Source: Gordius albopunctatus
Taxonomy: Eukaryota
Assembly (NCBI GenBank): GCA_964276515.1
Contig: OZ193909.1
Location: 15,314,001 to 15,378,000, forward strand
Direction: 5' to 3'
DNA: 64,000 nucleotides
Shown here: positions 35,940 through 49,174 of the stretch, in pieces
Layout of the letters: each line of letters opens with the position of its first letter
Numbering within the stretch: the first letter of the stretch is position 1
Notes under the pieces: model-generated
Databases searched by the model: none
What the model was told of the DNA's origin: nothing
The model's input: the letters and a program-made list of their open reading frames with translations, nothing else
Translations under genes and position numbers: made by a program

Positions 35940-38900
35940 GTCAGGTCGGAAACCGGCTATAAAAATCAACTCCAAAATTTATGATAGTTTCAAACGAGAT
36001 TTTACAAGAAAAGGCTAGGGCGTCCTCCACAAACGACGCGCACTGCATACCCCGCCCGTGCAATGTGAAAAATACACTAGGGTTACTGCCCAACTCACAA
36101 CGAAGGCGGTTAAGGAAGCTAGTTGTGGAAAGAATGCGAATTACGTGCTGGAATGTAGGAACGTTGACGGGGAAGAGCATCGAGGTCGCACAGATGTTAA
36201 AAAGAAGAAAGGTATACATCGCCTGCCTACAAGAGACGAGGTGGAACGGAACGAAAGCTCGGGAATTAGGAGAAGGATACAAGCTTTTCTACAGTGGGTC
36301 ACCAAATCGTAGAAACGGGGTCGGTATCGTTCTAAGCGAATCGTTCAAGGACAAGGTGGTGGAAGTCAAACGTTGTTCCGACAGGCTAATGTGGGTGAAG
36401 ATTGTGGATCAAGAGGGCCTCCTAATCGTTATGTGCGCGTATGCTCCCCAAATTTGGTGTTTGGAATCAGAGAAAGACATATTCTTCGAATCATTGGAAA
36501 AGGAAATACAAGGAATCCGACAGGAAGAAAGGCTAATTATTGGGGCCGATTTCAACGCTCACGTAGGGAAAGATCGCCTCGGGTATGAACGCAATCATGG
36601 AGGCTATGGGCATGATGTGAAGAACAAAGAAGGGGAAAAACTTCTCCAAGTATGCCAAGCATATGACATGGCGATCGTTAACACCTATTTTCAAAAGTGC
36701 GAAGATCATATTGTGACCTATATAAGTGGGAAGCATTTTAGTCAAATCGACTATTTGCTTATACTGCGAAAGGACTTATGGAGTATCAAAGATTGCAAAG
36801 TAATACCGGGAGAAGAAATCGCTAGGCAACATCGTCCCCTTGTTATGGATCTTGACAGAAGAGTATTTCACGAAATAAGAAAGGTAAATGAACCTCGAAT
36901 TCGATACGAAAGGCTAAAGAATACGTCGACGAACGAAGAATACCATCAAAAAGCCTCCTTACTCTTGGGTGCAAGGAAGTTGCAAAGGGGCGTAGACGAA
37001 GATTGGGAAACGCTATCTAAGGACATTAAGGAAACAGCGATTCGTGTTCTAGGACAGACCAAAGGAGGCAAAGCTATGAATAGGGAACTATGGTGGTGGG
37101 ATCAATCGGTTAAAGATTTCATCGAAATAAAGAAAAATCTATATAGACGGTGGCATAAATCAAACAAGTCGGAGGATTATCAAGAGTACAGGGATGCAAA
37201 GAGGGCCACAAAAAAGGCCGTTGCAAAAGCGAAGAATGCTGCGTACACCGAGATGGCAAACAAACTTGATCATAAAGGGGGCGATAGGCTTATGTACAAA
37301 TTTGCCAAGATAAGGGAGAAGAAAAGTCGAGATGTCGGAGTTCTTAAAATAGTCAAAAGCGAGAAGGGTCAAACCTTATTCAAGCCGAAGGAAGTGATGG
37401 AAAGGTGGAAAGGATATTTTAAGAAACTTATGAATATTGCAAATGACAAGGATTCCCTTCCCGAAATTGAGCCAAATATAAGTATGGTCGAACTCTTCCA
37501 GAAGGATGAAGTTAGGACACAAATGAACAAGATGCAAAAAGGAAAAGCAAATGGCCCAGATGGAATACCTATGGAAGCATTGCTCGGATGTCGTGAAGAA
37601 GGAGTCACCACCATGACGAACCTCCTTAACAAGATATTGGTAGAAGAGCGAATCCCTAATCAATGGAGAGCAAGCACGATTATACCCTTATTCAAAGGAA
37701 AAGGAGACCCTCAGGACTGCGGCAATTACAGAGGTATCAAGCTAACTTGCCACTCCTTGAAGCTTTTGGAAAGGATCTTAGTAACAAGGCTGAAAAACGA
37801 GGTGGAAATATCGGCTAATCAATTCGGATTCGTGGCCGGCAAATCCACAATCGACCCAATCTTCGCCCTAAAACAAATGATGGATAAGTATGGTGAAAAG
37901 AGGAAAGACCTACATATGGTTTTTATCGACTTGGAGAAAGCTTATGACACGGTCCCCCGCGATTTAATTTGGTGGTGCCTGAGGAAACAAAATATCCCTG
38001 ACGCATATATACGGCTTATGAAAAATATCTATGAAGCCTCAAACTCTTGCGTTAGGACGAAAGTTGGAGACTCTAAACCTTTTCGGGTTAATATTGGATT
38101 ACATCAAGGCTCTGCTTTAAGTCCCTTTTTATTTAATATAATTATAGACACGATAACGAGGGACTTTCAAAAGCCATCGCCATGGTGTATGCTATATGCC
38201 GATGATATAGTACTATGCGAGGAAACAAGGGAGAAGGTATTCGAAGAAGCAGAAAAGTGGTCAAAGCGCTTAGCTGGATATGGTTTAAAGGTCAACGATC
38301 GAAAAACGGTATACATGGAAATGAACGGTACAAGCACCCCATCGCTGGATGACCACCTAAAGTACCCAAAAGTAGACAGGTTTAATTACCTCGGCTCTAT
38401 GCTACATCAAGAGGGAGGTTGCGCAACTGAAATCAATGCCCGGATTCAAAAAGGATGGCTTAAATGGCGAAGTATATCCGGTGTAATGTGCGACAAGAAA
38501 ATGCCAATATGGTTAAAGAGCAAAGTTTACAAATCCATCGTAAGACCGGTGTTACTCTATGGAAGTGAAACATGGGCATTAAACACCACGGAAGGAAAGC
38601 TATTACAAGCCACGGAGATGAGAATGATACGGTGAAGCTTGGGGTATACTAAGCTCGACCATATGACGAATGACTTTCTCATGACAAAAATGGGTATTCA
38701 ACCTATGGCGGACAGGATTAACGAAAATCGGCTAAGGTGGTATGGGCATATACTAAAAAGGGACCCGGATGACGTAAATCGAAAAGTGCTAGACATGAAA
38801 ATACCGGGGAAGAGAGGAAGAGGACGACCCCGTGTCACGTGGAAAAGGCAAGTCGATAAAGTTATGGAAACTAAAGAGATTCGTCAAGACATGGCACTAA

Positions 38901-38980
38901 CCCGGTCAAGATGGAAGAGACTCATCAAAACAAACCCCACCAATGTGGGACCAAATAACTGATAAAGAAGAAGAAAATAT
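35889..38980 (+). mobile_element. Full-length RTE retrotransposon, copy 2 (nearly intact)
   Basis: Same 5' start as copy 1 (AACACTACC), GAAGAAGAA tail, 12-bp TSD ATTAAATACAAT (35877-88, 38981-92). Near-identical to copy 1. Confidence 0.97.
35981..38635 (+). CDS. APE endonuclease-reverse transcriptase, 884 aa; frame stays open past one TGA to 38962
   Basis: Intact endonuclease motifs and YADD. A single in-frame TGA at 38633-35 separates the last ~108 codons. Confidence 0.9.
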   Translation: MIVSNEILQEKARASSTNDAHCIPRPCNVKNTLGLLPNSQRRRLRKLVVERMRITCWNVGTLTGKSIEVAQMLKRRKVYIACLQETRWNGTKARELGEGYKLFYSGSPNRRNGVGIVLSESFKDKVVEVKRCSDRLMWVKIVDQEGLLIVMCAYAPQIWCLESEKDIFFESLEKEIQGIRQEERLIIGADFNAHVGKDRLGYERNHGGYGHDVKNKEGEKLLQVCQAYDMAIVNTYFQKCEDHIVTYISGKHFSQIDYLLILRKDLWSIKDCKVIPGEEIARQHRPLVMDLDRRVFHEIRKVNEPRIRYERLKNTSTNEEYHQKASLLLGARKLQRGVDEDWETLSKDIKETAIRVLGQTKGGKAMNRELWWWDQSVKDFIEIKKNLYRRWHKSNKSEDYQEYRDAKRATKKAVAKAKNAAYTEMANKLDHKGGDRLMYKFAKIREKKSRDVGVLKIVKSEKGQTLFKPKEVMERWKGYFKKLMNIANDKDSLPEIEPNISMVELFQKDEVRTQMNKMQKGKANGPDGIPMEALLGCREEGVTTMTNLLNKILVEERIPNQWRASTIIPLFKGKGDPQDCGNYRGIKLTCHSLKLLERILVTRLKNEVEISANQFGFVAGKSTIDPIFALKQMMDKYGEKRKDLHMVFIDLEKAYDTVPRDLIWWCLRKQNIPDAYIRLMKNIYEASNSCVRTKVGDSKPFRVNIGLHQGSALSPFLFNIIIDTITRDFQKPSPWCMLYADDIVLCEETREKVFEEAEKWSKRLAGYGLKVNDRKTVYMEMNGTSTPSLDDHLKYPKVDRFNYLGSMLHQEGGCATEINARIQKGWLKWRSISGVMCDKKMPIWLKSKVYKSIVRPVLLYGSETWALNTTEGKLLQATEMRMIR

Positions 38981-38999
38981 ATTAAATACAATGAAAATT

Positions 39000-40560
39000 A
39001 AATCCGAAACTCCATGTCAGGTTATAGAATGCCTTTAATCCTTGAATAGCCGGTGTCATTGAAAAGTTATTTTATATATGTCCTCTTGTGATTTACCATT
39101 GAACGATAAAGAAGCCTTGCGACCCTAGTTTTGTAGTGAAATTTGTACTTACTTTTGGCTAAGCCCGTGACCAGTTGTAAAACATTTTTCATTTATTAAT
39201 TTAAAATATTCCCCATTATTTTTCATCAAGTTTTATCCTCATAACTTTCTTATTATATAGCCATAATCTTGTTTCTTTGCATATTCCTATCATAATCTGT
39301 TAAAAGCTTTTTCCTTGAAGGTTTTATTTAACTTCGTCTTTATTACATCATACATTCTGTATTATTTGCCTTTTTTAATTTTTGCATTTATTCATAGATA
39401 TTAAATGCTTCTTACCTTTTCCCTATAGCCAAATAGCTATATCGAATGACTAAATATTTTACTTAAAAGTCTTGAGAAACATTCTTGCCATAAGCTATTA
39501 AAATTCTTCCAACAAAGTCAGCCACTCACTCTTTGTGAATATTTAAAAGTCTATATTTTGAAGAGCCCACTCATATATCAAATGCAATTCGTATTGCGAA
39601 TTTTCGCCGACTAATTATATTATATTCCACACGTTTTATTGCTTTATTAAACCCTGGACAACTTTCCTCTGTCGTGTCTACCTTTAAATACAGAATTATA
39701 CCTTAAATAACGAATATTGTCCGTCGTGCTTCTTTATTGAAGTATCTTGTAAATGGGGCTTAAAAATGATGAACCCTCTTAATGGCAGCACAATTTGTTA
39801 TACTACTAAATTCTATTAGAACTTTTATGCACCTTATACCCAGCTAAGTTGGTCATCAAATATAATTTTGATAATCTGCTAAAAATTAAGCTAGTCACTT
39901 GAGGCACTCTATCAACTTATAGATAACAACAAAGTGCATGATTTAGGTGTGTCTCTTTTTCTTTATTTCTCTTCTTACATTGTTCAAGGCTTCTGATATT
40001 GAGCCTTCCGAATAAGTAAATTTATATTTTCTACTAAATTCCATAGCCGTTTTTCATTTGCCCTTTTCCCATCTCTAAAAAGTGTTATTTAAGACCTATT
40101 TTTATAATTATATCCTGAATAAAATCTGTAATCGTAAAAATCGATATTATTATCTATCTTTCCACTAGTTAGAGATTTAATTAGTTTCCAAGTTATTAAA
40201 GAGGTGGCCTAGGATTTAAACCCTTATTTATCTTAATATTTTAAACCGTAATTTAGTAGTTGTCTAGCTTAAGTACACAATTTGACTTCAACTTGAGAGA
40301 TCCCGCTGGTTAAATTCCACTATAAGAAAGATTGCCTTGAAGGTCCAACCATCCCTACTCGTTTGATATATTACTGCAGTAGTTGTATCATTTTTACTAT
40401 CTAGCTGTTTTATGTAAGAATTTCCATCTTCTCTTGATTAATAAACCGGCTCTTCTATTTTTTAGGGAAGTTTTAGCCAAGTAATCATAGTATCGTACAC
40501 CATGGCTTTGGCTTTATCCAGATGACTGCCACCTCTCACTATAGCAACATTTAATGAACG
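39000..40560 (-). mobile_element. Possible highly decayed LINE relic
   Basis: Faint RT-like remnants on the minus strand: LQGNL (~40340) and a QGSILGP-like stretch (~40200-40228). Confidence 0.3.
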
Positions 40561-41438
40561 AAACTTATTTGTTACTTAATGTTTTAAGCCTCCAGACCAG
40601 ATCACACCTTAAAAACTATAGATTTTGATGGAGAAAACTAATAATAACACATTTAACTATATATTAATGCGATATATATAATATCTAAATTGTTGCGATA
40701 GGCTAAGAAGCAAAAAAATAAATATTCAAATTTAAATCAGTCGCAACAAATAGACTTTGGGGTATAAACGGAGTGCTATACTTGATTAAAAAATTTATTT
40801 GGCAGTTAACTTGACAACTATAGTTGATGGTAAACGCCATGGAGTCAGCTCAAACTTAAAGGTAGGGTGGAGTGCATGGACTTATCAAGGAGGTGGCAGA
40901 AAAATATCTTTAAAATTTCATAAATGTTCAAATTTCAAAAAATATTTTTTCCCCTACCCAAATCATTATCACCCCCTAAATCTAGTCCTGTATACGCCAA
41001 CGATGGAGTCGCCTGCAGTTCACTTGAAGGTAGGAGGAGTGATATAATGAAAGGTTGGAGAAAAGGCTGTATATTTAGTTAGAAAATATTAAAAGTCTGA
41101 TTTAGAGATAATAATTTGTTTTCTATTAAGTGACAAAGAGGAGTGAATTAGAATAGCTCTACTTGCTCATTAGTGTGGTTGCGAGAGGTTAAGAAGGAAA
41201 ATACTAAGCGTTTAAAATCAGTCGCTACTAATGATTATTGCATAATATATATTAAATTTATTAAAAATATTGCAAATTTAATATAATAGTAATTAAATTA
41301 AAATGGGTTTACTTCAAATATTAACAATAATATTATTTAGAAATTATCTATATTATAACGGTTTTTGGAGTTACATATGTAGAAAAATATTCCTTGAGAG
41401 AGATTATTATACCTTTAAAACCACGTTTTAATTGTAAC

Positions 41439-43522
41439 ATGTTACGATATATATGTTCCATTTTAGTTTTTATACCTGTAACCTTATCGCTTCAAGGCAA
41501 TAAAATATGCGTTTTATTGGATAATCTTTATACCAGGGATTTATATTCTCAATTTTTCGGCTTACTTAATGGTAGGATAAAATCAGTATTTTAACAAATT
41601 TTTTAGACAGAGGCTATGAATTGACCTATAATGCTGCTGATGATTCAAGCCTTACATTGCATCAGTATAAAAATTATACATGTGATCATTTAATTTTGTT
41701 TGCTCCTACTGTTGAAGGTAACTTAAATTTGTTATAGACTAAGTCTTTTAGAATTTGGAGGTCAAATTAATAATGAAGCTATAAAAGACTTTATTGACAA
41801 TGGGGGAAATGTATTGGTTGCAGCTAACTCAGATATAGGTAATCAGGCTCTTAGTACATAACTTATTTTGTATTGCCTTATTAGGTGATCCTATCAGGGA
41901 ACTAGCAATAGATTGTGGCCTTGAATATGATGAAGCTGGAACCTCTGTAATTGATCATTTTCATTATGATGCCAATGATAAGGGAAAAGTATATTAGTAA
42001 TCTGGTTATATCGAAATTAATTTTAGCATACTCTTATATGGGAAGATCCCAAAAATATAGTAGCTTCTAAAGTCATCAAGGGGAATGTTGATAAACCAAT
42101 TTTATACCAAGGTGTTGGGTATGTAAACTTTTGTATATTTAATATGTCAATAGATTAACTAAAAATCCAGACAACCAGTTGATTTTTGATATCCTCACTG
42201 CTGACTCTACAGCCTTTTCATTTTCACCAGATGCTAAAATTGTTAATCATTATCCTCATGCTTTGGGTAAAGATATGCTTTTAGTGGCTGCACTGCAAGC
42301 CAGGAATAATGCTAGAGTTTTATTTACTGGATCAATTGATATGTTTTCCAATAAGTTTTTTGATTCACCTGTCAAAGATGCCCTCACTGGAAAATTGTAA
42401 TTATATGCAATTTTGTATTTATAATTTATGTCATTATTAGTTATGAAAAGTCTGGAAATAAAAACTTTGCAGAAGCTTTATCTAAATGGGTATTCAAAGA
42501 AACTGGAGTTTTACGAGGGGGGAAAGTAGAACACCACAAAAAAAATTCAAAAGAGACTCCACAAGCATATACAATTATGGATGATGTGGTATCTTTATTA
42601 GTTTATACGCTATTAATTTTTTTCCAGAATTTGATTTTAAAATATATCTATGAAACAATATAGGCAATTTAATTTATTTATCATTTTATACTTATACAGC
42701 TATTTACTATTAACATTGAAACTTTGGATTCTAAAGGCCATTGGGTTCCCTACGTTGCTGATGACATCCAGCTTGAATTTTTTAGGGTAGATCCTTTCAT
42801 ACGCACAACCTTAGTGCCCAAAGGTGAGATATTAAAAGATTAAATATTTAAATTTGGCTTAAATATACTTTGTAATTTTCAATAAATTTATCTCTTTTAG
42901 GTTAATTTTTAACTTAATTATATCAATTGAAAATTAAGATTGTCCAAACTGGTCAATAATAACAATTGAATTGCATTTTTAGGTGGAAAATATGTGGCTG
43001 AATTGAAACTTCCAGATGTTTATGGAGTATTTCAATTTAAGATTGATTACAAGAAGGAGGGTTACACATATCTTGCATCTGTCAATCAGGTTAGTTTAAA
43101 TATTTGTCTCTGCTAAATAAAGAGTTTAATTTTAATTAAACAATCTGTTATTGGTAGTGTATATGTCTTTAATCAATTTTCTTATGTTTAAAACATGCTT
43201 AACCAGAAAATCTAATCCTTTAATCATTAAATTTATAGTTAATTTTTATTTGGGACAGTACCAAAAATTATTAATACTAATTTTTTTAAAGTTTTTCCAA
43301 TTTTTCATACACTATTAATTAAAAAATCCTTTAAATAAAATTGTTGTGTCCATAATTTTGCTTTAGGTATCAGTCAGACCATTCGAGCACACACAGTATG
43401 AGCGTTTTATAACCTCAGCTTATCCCTATTACGCCGGGGCATTTACCATGATGGCCATGCTATTTTTGTTTGTCTTTATGGTGCTGTACGATCAAGATGA
43501 GAAAAAAAGGAAATCGGAATAA
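41439..43522 (+). CDS. DDOST: Oligosaccharyltransferase 48-kDa subunit (OST48/Wbp1)
   Basis: Ten exons: 41439-41571, 41607-41717, 41752-41838, 41885-41988, 42027-42118, 42154-42396, 42441-42588, 42700-42823, 42983-43089, 43367-43522. Motifs [42 protein letters not shown] and [15 protein letters not shown], then a C-terminal TM and basic tail. Confidence 0.97.
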
Positions 43523-44394
43523 ATGATACTCCTTTTGATTTTGTTATAAATTTACAATAAATACGTCTCGACAACATCAGTATATGACTGTGATTTGTAT
43601 AAAATCGATTAATATATTAAATTTTTCAAGCAGCCCTGTAGTTTACTTTTATCACTATAAGATTAGCACAGGCGTAGCTAGGATTGGCTCCCATGAAGTT
43701 TAGCCTTATTGACTGTCAGGACTTTTATGTAGTTCGCAACCCGTTATAAGCCTGTAAATTTAAAGGATATAAAATTATTCTAATACTCTTAAGCATTCCT
43801 TATAGTCGTGTGTGGTAATTTGCAAAGCAGCTATCGTTTGTTCTGATCATACTATCTAAAATTATTATAACGCGAGTTATCAAGGTATTCTTGTTTCTTA
43901 ATAGCACTAAGTATTTTGCGACTTGCTTCTGCTCCTTTTTATTCAAAAAACATTGGGTGCTCAGTTTATTACGCAAAATGTAAATTAGGTTGGTAAATTC
44001 AAATTTGCAAACTCATTCAAAAACCCAAGATTGAAAAATTGCATTTTAGATTGAATTTCTGAACAAAAATTAATTTATTTCCCTACCACATCTAGTATTA
44101 ATTTCAGAATTTCTAAAAAAATTTGGTAGTCTGATCAAATTTATTCTCAAAGGGGTCAGTAAAATTATCTCCACTTAATGTGATAAATTCAAATAATGCA
44201 CAGCAGGGGCGTATTTAGGATTACCTAATTATTTCGTTTTTCAATATTTTTAGTAAAATATTTGGATATTTAAATGTAATATATTCATGTACAAAACTTA
44301 AAAATCACAAACATTTTTTTGCACGAAACTGTTGCCAGGAATTATCTCTCAAGACTACTTTAATCCGAAGCAGGGATGACAATTCTATGTTGAC

Positions 44395-45450
44395 ATGTCG
44401 GGTTAACAATTTTGAAATATCTTCGGGTTGAAAATTTTAATATGCTTTCGGGTCGGGTTAGATTTAATGTTTCGGGTCAAAGGTTTTGAATCTTACAATG
44501 TTAAATACACGGGACATATCTTTTAAATTAATGCTATTATGTATTATAATATTTTTTAATTAATATCAAAATTTATAATATAGGAGTATTCATTCAGTTA
44601 ATTCCTTTTGTTTTTTTAAATCTGATTGTTTTAATTTGGACGCAAATTTAAATTTGACTCGTGAAAGGTAAAATACATCAACAAAATAATATTTTTAAAA
44701 TTCATAACACAAATAAAAGTAAGTTTAAATTTATTAAATGCTTCATTTGCAAAACTATATATATTTCAAATTAAATGTGACCCGATATTGTAAATGCTAT
44801 CATATTTATACATCTCAATAATAAATCATTCAAATAAATTTATTGTAGTAATCAAAATCTGTGGTATCAATAAGTTTCGTAAATCGCACTTTAATTTGTC
44901 GATTAAATTTTAAAATTTAGCCATACTTTAATAAAATTTCTACGATTTTTTGTAGTTAGAGGGGGGCAGCCGCCCGTCCCTGCCACCCGTTGGCTACGCC
45001 CATCGTGCACACCACAATTATTCTTAGGGGGCTTGTCTTAATATCGGATTCAGATGACGCCAATTTATCTTTATCAAATATTCGATTCAATTTCATGTGT
45101 CAGACTCGGTTTTAATTATTAATATTTTGTTTTTTGACATTTGAATCCATTTTTTTTTTAATTCTTTCGACTCTTGAGAGTAACCGCTGTTATATTATGC
45201 GTCTGAAATGAAAATCTGGTGTGAATTCGAAGTTTAGACACGGTTATGTTATATAACCCGTACAACGATTTTTGCTGCGCATCAAAACCCGATATTAAGA
45301 CAAGCCCTTACACTCGCGTTGGATGCCACAATTTGAAACGCGTTGGGGAGGGATTCGGAAAAAAATTTAAACGCTTTTGGTTCGAGCCGGGTTGAAAATT
45401 TTAAAATGCTTTCGGGTCGGGTTGAAAAAAAGTGACTTTGCAGTTCTCTA
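44395..45450. mobile_element. hAT-type MITE, same family as 4336-9121; left end degraded
   Basis: Body collinear with 4400-4775 plus 8624-9121; right TIR TGCAGTTCTCTA. Confidence 0.8.
45027..45307. mobile_element. PIF/Harbinger-type MITE
   Basis: TIR GGGCTTGTCTTAATATCGG with TTA TSD; the empty site is visible in the paralogue at ~8985-8993. Confidence 0.8.
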
Positions 45451-47285
45451 ATCGGTATAGTCTGCTCTAACCCAGCGACACCACATTATAATTGATAAGA
45501 CAATATCGGCCTTGTTACCGTCTAACATTTTCGCTGATCACTGTTGTATTTTGGACATTTAGAGTTCCGCTAACGGTGAGCTAAGAACCCACTGATGAGA
45601 AATGACGAAGAATCCTTTCAATCTCCTGGCCAAATGAGTTTTTTCATGTTGAGTCAGCCAAATATGGCACACACCCTAGATGAATTTGACCAAAGCTATT
45701 AACGCTATAATTTTAATGCCTAATGTACTTTTTATCAACTCAAATTGTTGAGTAATTTTTTCTATGAAAAATTATATTTAAAAAAAATATCTTAAAAACA
45801 TATTTTCTCCTAGTTTTAAAACTTCATTCATGCTTTCTAATATATTTATATAGTAATCAGGCGAGTAGCCAGGATTTTCTCCCGGGGGGGGGGGGGCAAA
45901 TTTCCAAAAATTTTTTGTAACATTTTTATTTCAACATCAAAATTATAAAATCTGGTATAAAACATAAAGTTATTATAAATAATTAACTTAGTCAGTTACG
46001 TTGCACAACTGTAAAATATATAAACTTTAGATCTGAAATAATTTTTTTTTCGGGGAGGGGGGCTTTGGCTACGCCACAAATAGTAATTAATTACCGTTTT
46101 AAATATAAATAATCATGGCACTTAACCCGCTACGACTCCTCCACCCCCATTTTTATAAAAAATAATAATTATCCATAGTAAAATGCGAAATGAAAGTTTA
46201 TGTGGTTAAGTTATATAAGTATTAATTTAAGGCATAAAGTTTGAGATAGTTGATGCTACATAACCTAAAAATTACTTAACTAGTGAGAGTGTACGTTCTA
46301 AACAAACTTTTTCCTCAAGTAAAATTTTTAATTTTTTAAAAAAGTATTTCATACATTCCCTTATAATTCGATACAAATTTTTATTGTTAATCCATTCTAC
46401 TACCTGCCCCTTCTATTTAGATACCCTTAACACAAGTAAACATTATCTTAGTTTAGAAAATAAGGGAAATTTTTGAATCAAGTTCTAAAATGACCAACAG
46501 ATAAATTAAAAGATGAGTTTAAATAAATTTCAGGGAGGAAAACAGAAACTTATCAAAATAAATTATAAAAATAATTTTTAAATTAGGGCTAACACATTAC
46601 CAATAAAAGAATTTATTGTATATTAAGGAAAATATTAACAAATTTAAATACAAATGGGGTTGGAGGGATTGCATTGCCCTTGCATATGGTGGAAAATTGA
46701 GATCAGATTTGAATAAATTTTTAAGCAAGGCACAAATTCAACATAAAAAATCTGCCTAAATAAAGCACAAAATTTAGTAAGGTCAATTTATTTCCCTAAT
46801 CAATTAGTTCTCAAAGCCATGCATATTATAACCTTTAACCTTTTTTTAATTTACCAGGTTATTTTTGTAAGAAAACAGTAAAAAATCAATAACAAATTTA
46901 TATATTAATGAATAAACATAAAATTTGATATTAGGAAAGATAAACAACATATAATTTAGCTGACAATATGAATAATACATTGAGAGGGTTTACAATGTGT
47001 AATGTAAAGATAGCATATAATTATAAATTGTTAAATAATATGAGATTATGGGTAATGGTAATGTTTTATACATAAATATCAAGTCATTCGAACTAAATCA
47101 GGTAAGCAATAATGTTTTTTTTGCTAGGAATAGAAAAAAGGTAATAAAAAGTCATAAATTATAAATAAAAATTGCCATTAATTACATAATTAACAATTTG
47201 CAGTTTATAAATTTTCATGGATATTATCAAATTTGACAACATCCAATCTGACAGATTGGTGGAGAGTGGTACCATGAATAATAAA

Positions 47286-48331
47286 TTAACAATTGTTCCT
47301 TGAATGTTTGATTAGCCATTGTAATGTTATATCTAAGGCATAGATTTAATAAATTCAAAAAGTTTTTAAAATGAAAAAAAAATAAAAAATAGTGTTAATT
47401 CAAAAATATTAAACTAAATGTTAGCATGGAATTAATAATATAATCTGTTATCATTTATAAACAAAATTAAAAACTATTTACAAAATTAATTACCAATATT
47501 TTCTTTCTCTTTGCACGATATAGAATAACAACATATTTCTCGGTCTTGTATAGCCGAAAGGTTTCTACATTTATTATAAAGAAATGTTTTATAGTTAAAT
47601 CTTACAATTTTTCAATCAAAGTCTTTTCATCATAAGAATTTGGCAAATCCTTTTTATTTCCTAATACCAAAACAGGGATATTTTGTAATTGTGGTTTGTT
47701 AAGAAGATTGTGGAGCTCATTGGCTGCTGCTTGAATTTTTTCATGATCAGCTGCATCAACCATATATCTTATTGTATACAATAAAGGTAAAGATTAAAAT
47801 TTATAGAATGAAAACATTTATTTATAAATATATTCCCACTTTTATTAATTAACTAAATATTAGACAAAAGTAGCATTAAACATTGGTAATAAATTTGTTC
47901 ACAGTTATCAAAATTTGAAAAATTTTAGCATCAAGTAATTTTAAATAACAATACAATTTAGAACAAACTTTACTTACACAATTGCATTTACACCCCTACA
48001 ATATCTTTCCCACATGCTCCTGAATCTTGGTTGACCACCAATATCCCAAATCTTTGAACAAATTTTAATTTAAAATTAATGTTGAAACCTTAATTGTCAC
48101 ATTCCCCTTTGTAATTTTTCTCATATTAAAGCCAACTGTAGGTATCATATCTTCTGTGAATTGCCCTGACTAAGGTTATTGGTTATGAAATACAAAATTA
48201 ATTATTACAGCTATGACATTAACGAATGTTGTTTTTCCAGAATATTGCAAACCAACTAGAGTAAGCTCCATCTCCTCCTTCCAAAACAAACTTCTAAACC
48301 AATCTAATAACTTGTTAATAATTGTTATCAT
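47286..48331 (-). CDS. ARL8: ADP-ribosylation factor-like GTPase 8
   Basis: Six exons: 48331-48209, 48169-48089, 48051-47978, 47767-47606, 47564-47494, 47332-47286. Motifs [58 protein letters not shown] and [11 protein letters not shown]. Confidence 0.98.
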
Positions 48332-49174
48332 ATTGTAATTAAAGTGAGGAGCGATAGCTCGAAATCTTTTGGGTGTTAAAAATTATCTAAAACTCTAAAT
48401 AGTTTTTATTCATGCTATTCAATCTGGAAATCCAACGAACTGGCTCTACCGACCCGCCTTCGGCTGTTCAAAACCACCATATTGCCTATATTCCTCTATG
48501 GATGCGAAACATGGTCCCTAAAAGGTTCGACCATAAAAGCGGCCCAAACTAAACTAAATAAAATGCTCAGAATAATTTGTAAAATATTCTACCCTGAGGT
48601 AATTAGCAATCCAAACCTCTGGACCCTTTGCGAAATCCCTCCCATAAAAAACATAATTATATCACGGTAATGGAACTTCCTAGCCCACCAGACCAGACGC
48701 AATGGACTACTAATTTGCTTAAGAGCAATTCTATGGAGACCCCCTCAACTAAAAAAAACTAAAATGTCGAGGTTCCTGGATCCACAAAACATTTTTGGAA
48801 CTCCGCTCTCTTAACCACGAATGGAATACTATAATCGCCATAATGCAAAACAAATCCGCTTGGAAAGCCTTTTCTGCCTCCAATTTCCCTTCAAAATATC
48901 CCCTCCCAATCGCCTCAACTTCGAGCTGTCTCTGAAGCCTACAAAATCCAAAATAAATGATCAGATCTATCCCTGAGACAGAGGGCGACCCATAAACTAG
49001 CTAACCACTGATAGATACTTTCTTTCCACACCATCTAACCATGAACCCGAATCTGACGCACAAACTAGCAAGCAGTGGAAAGCCTGCAAGTCCTCTTGCC
49101 AAAATAAGGAATGGTGGTATCTTATATTTATATGCTTATACTATTATACTTTTACATTTAGCTTGCACGGTCTG

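Noticed and set aside
45585..45630. Hammerhead ribozyme suggested by CTGATGAG...CGAA
   Set aside because: No GAAA core at the right spacing and no supporting stems.
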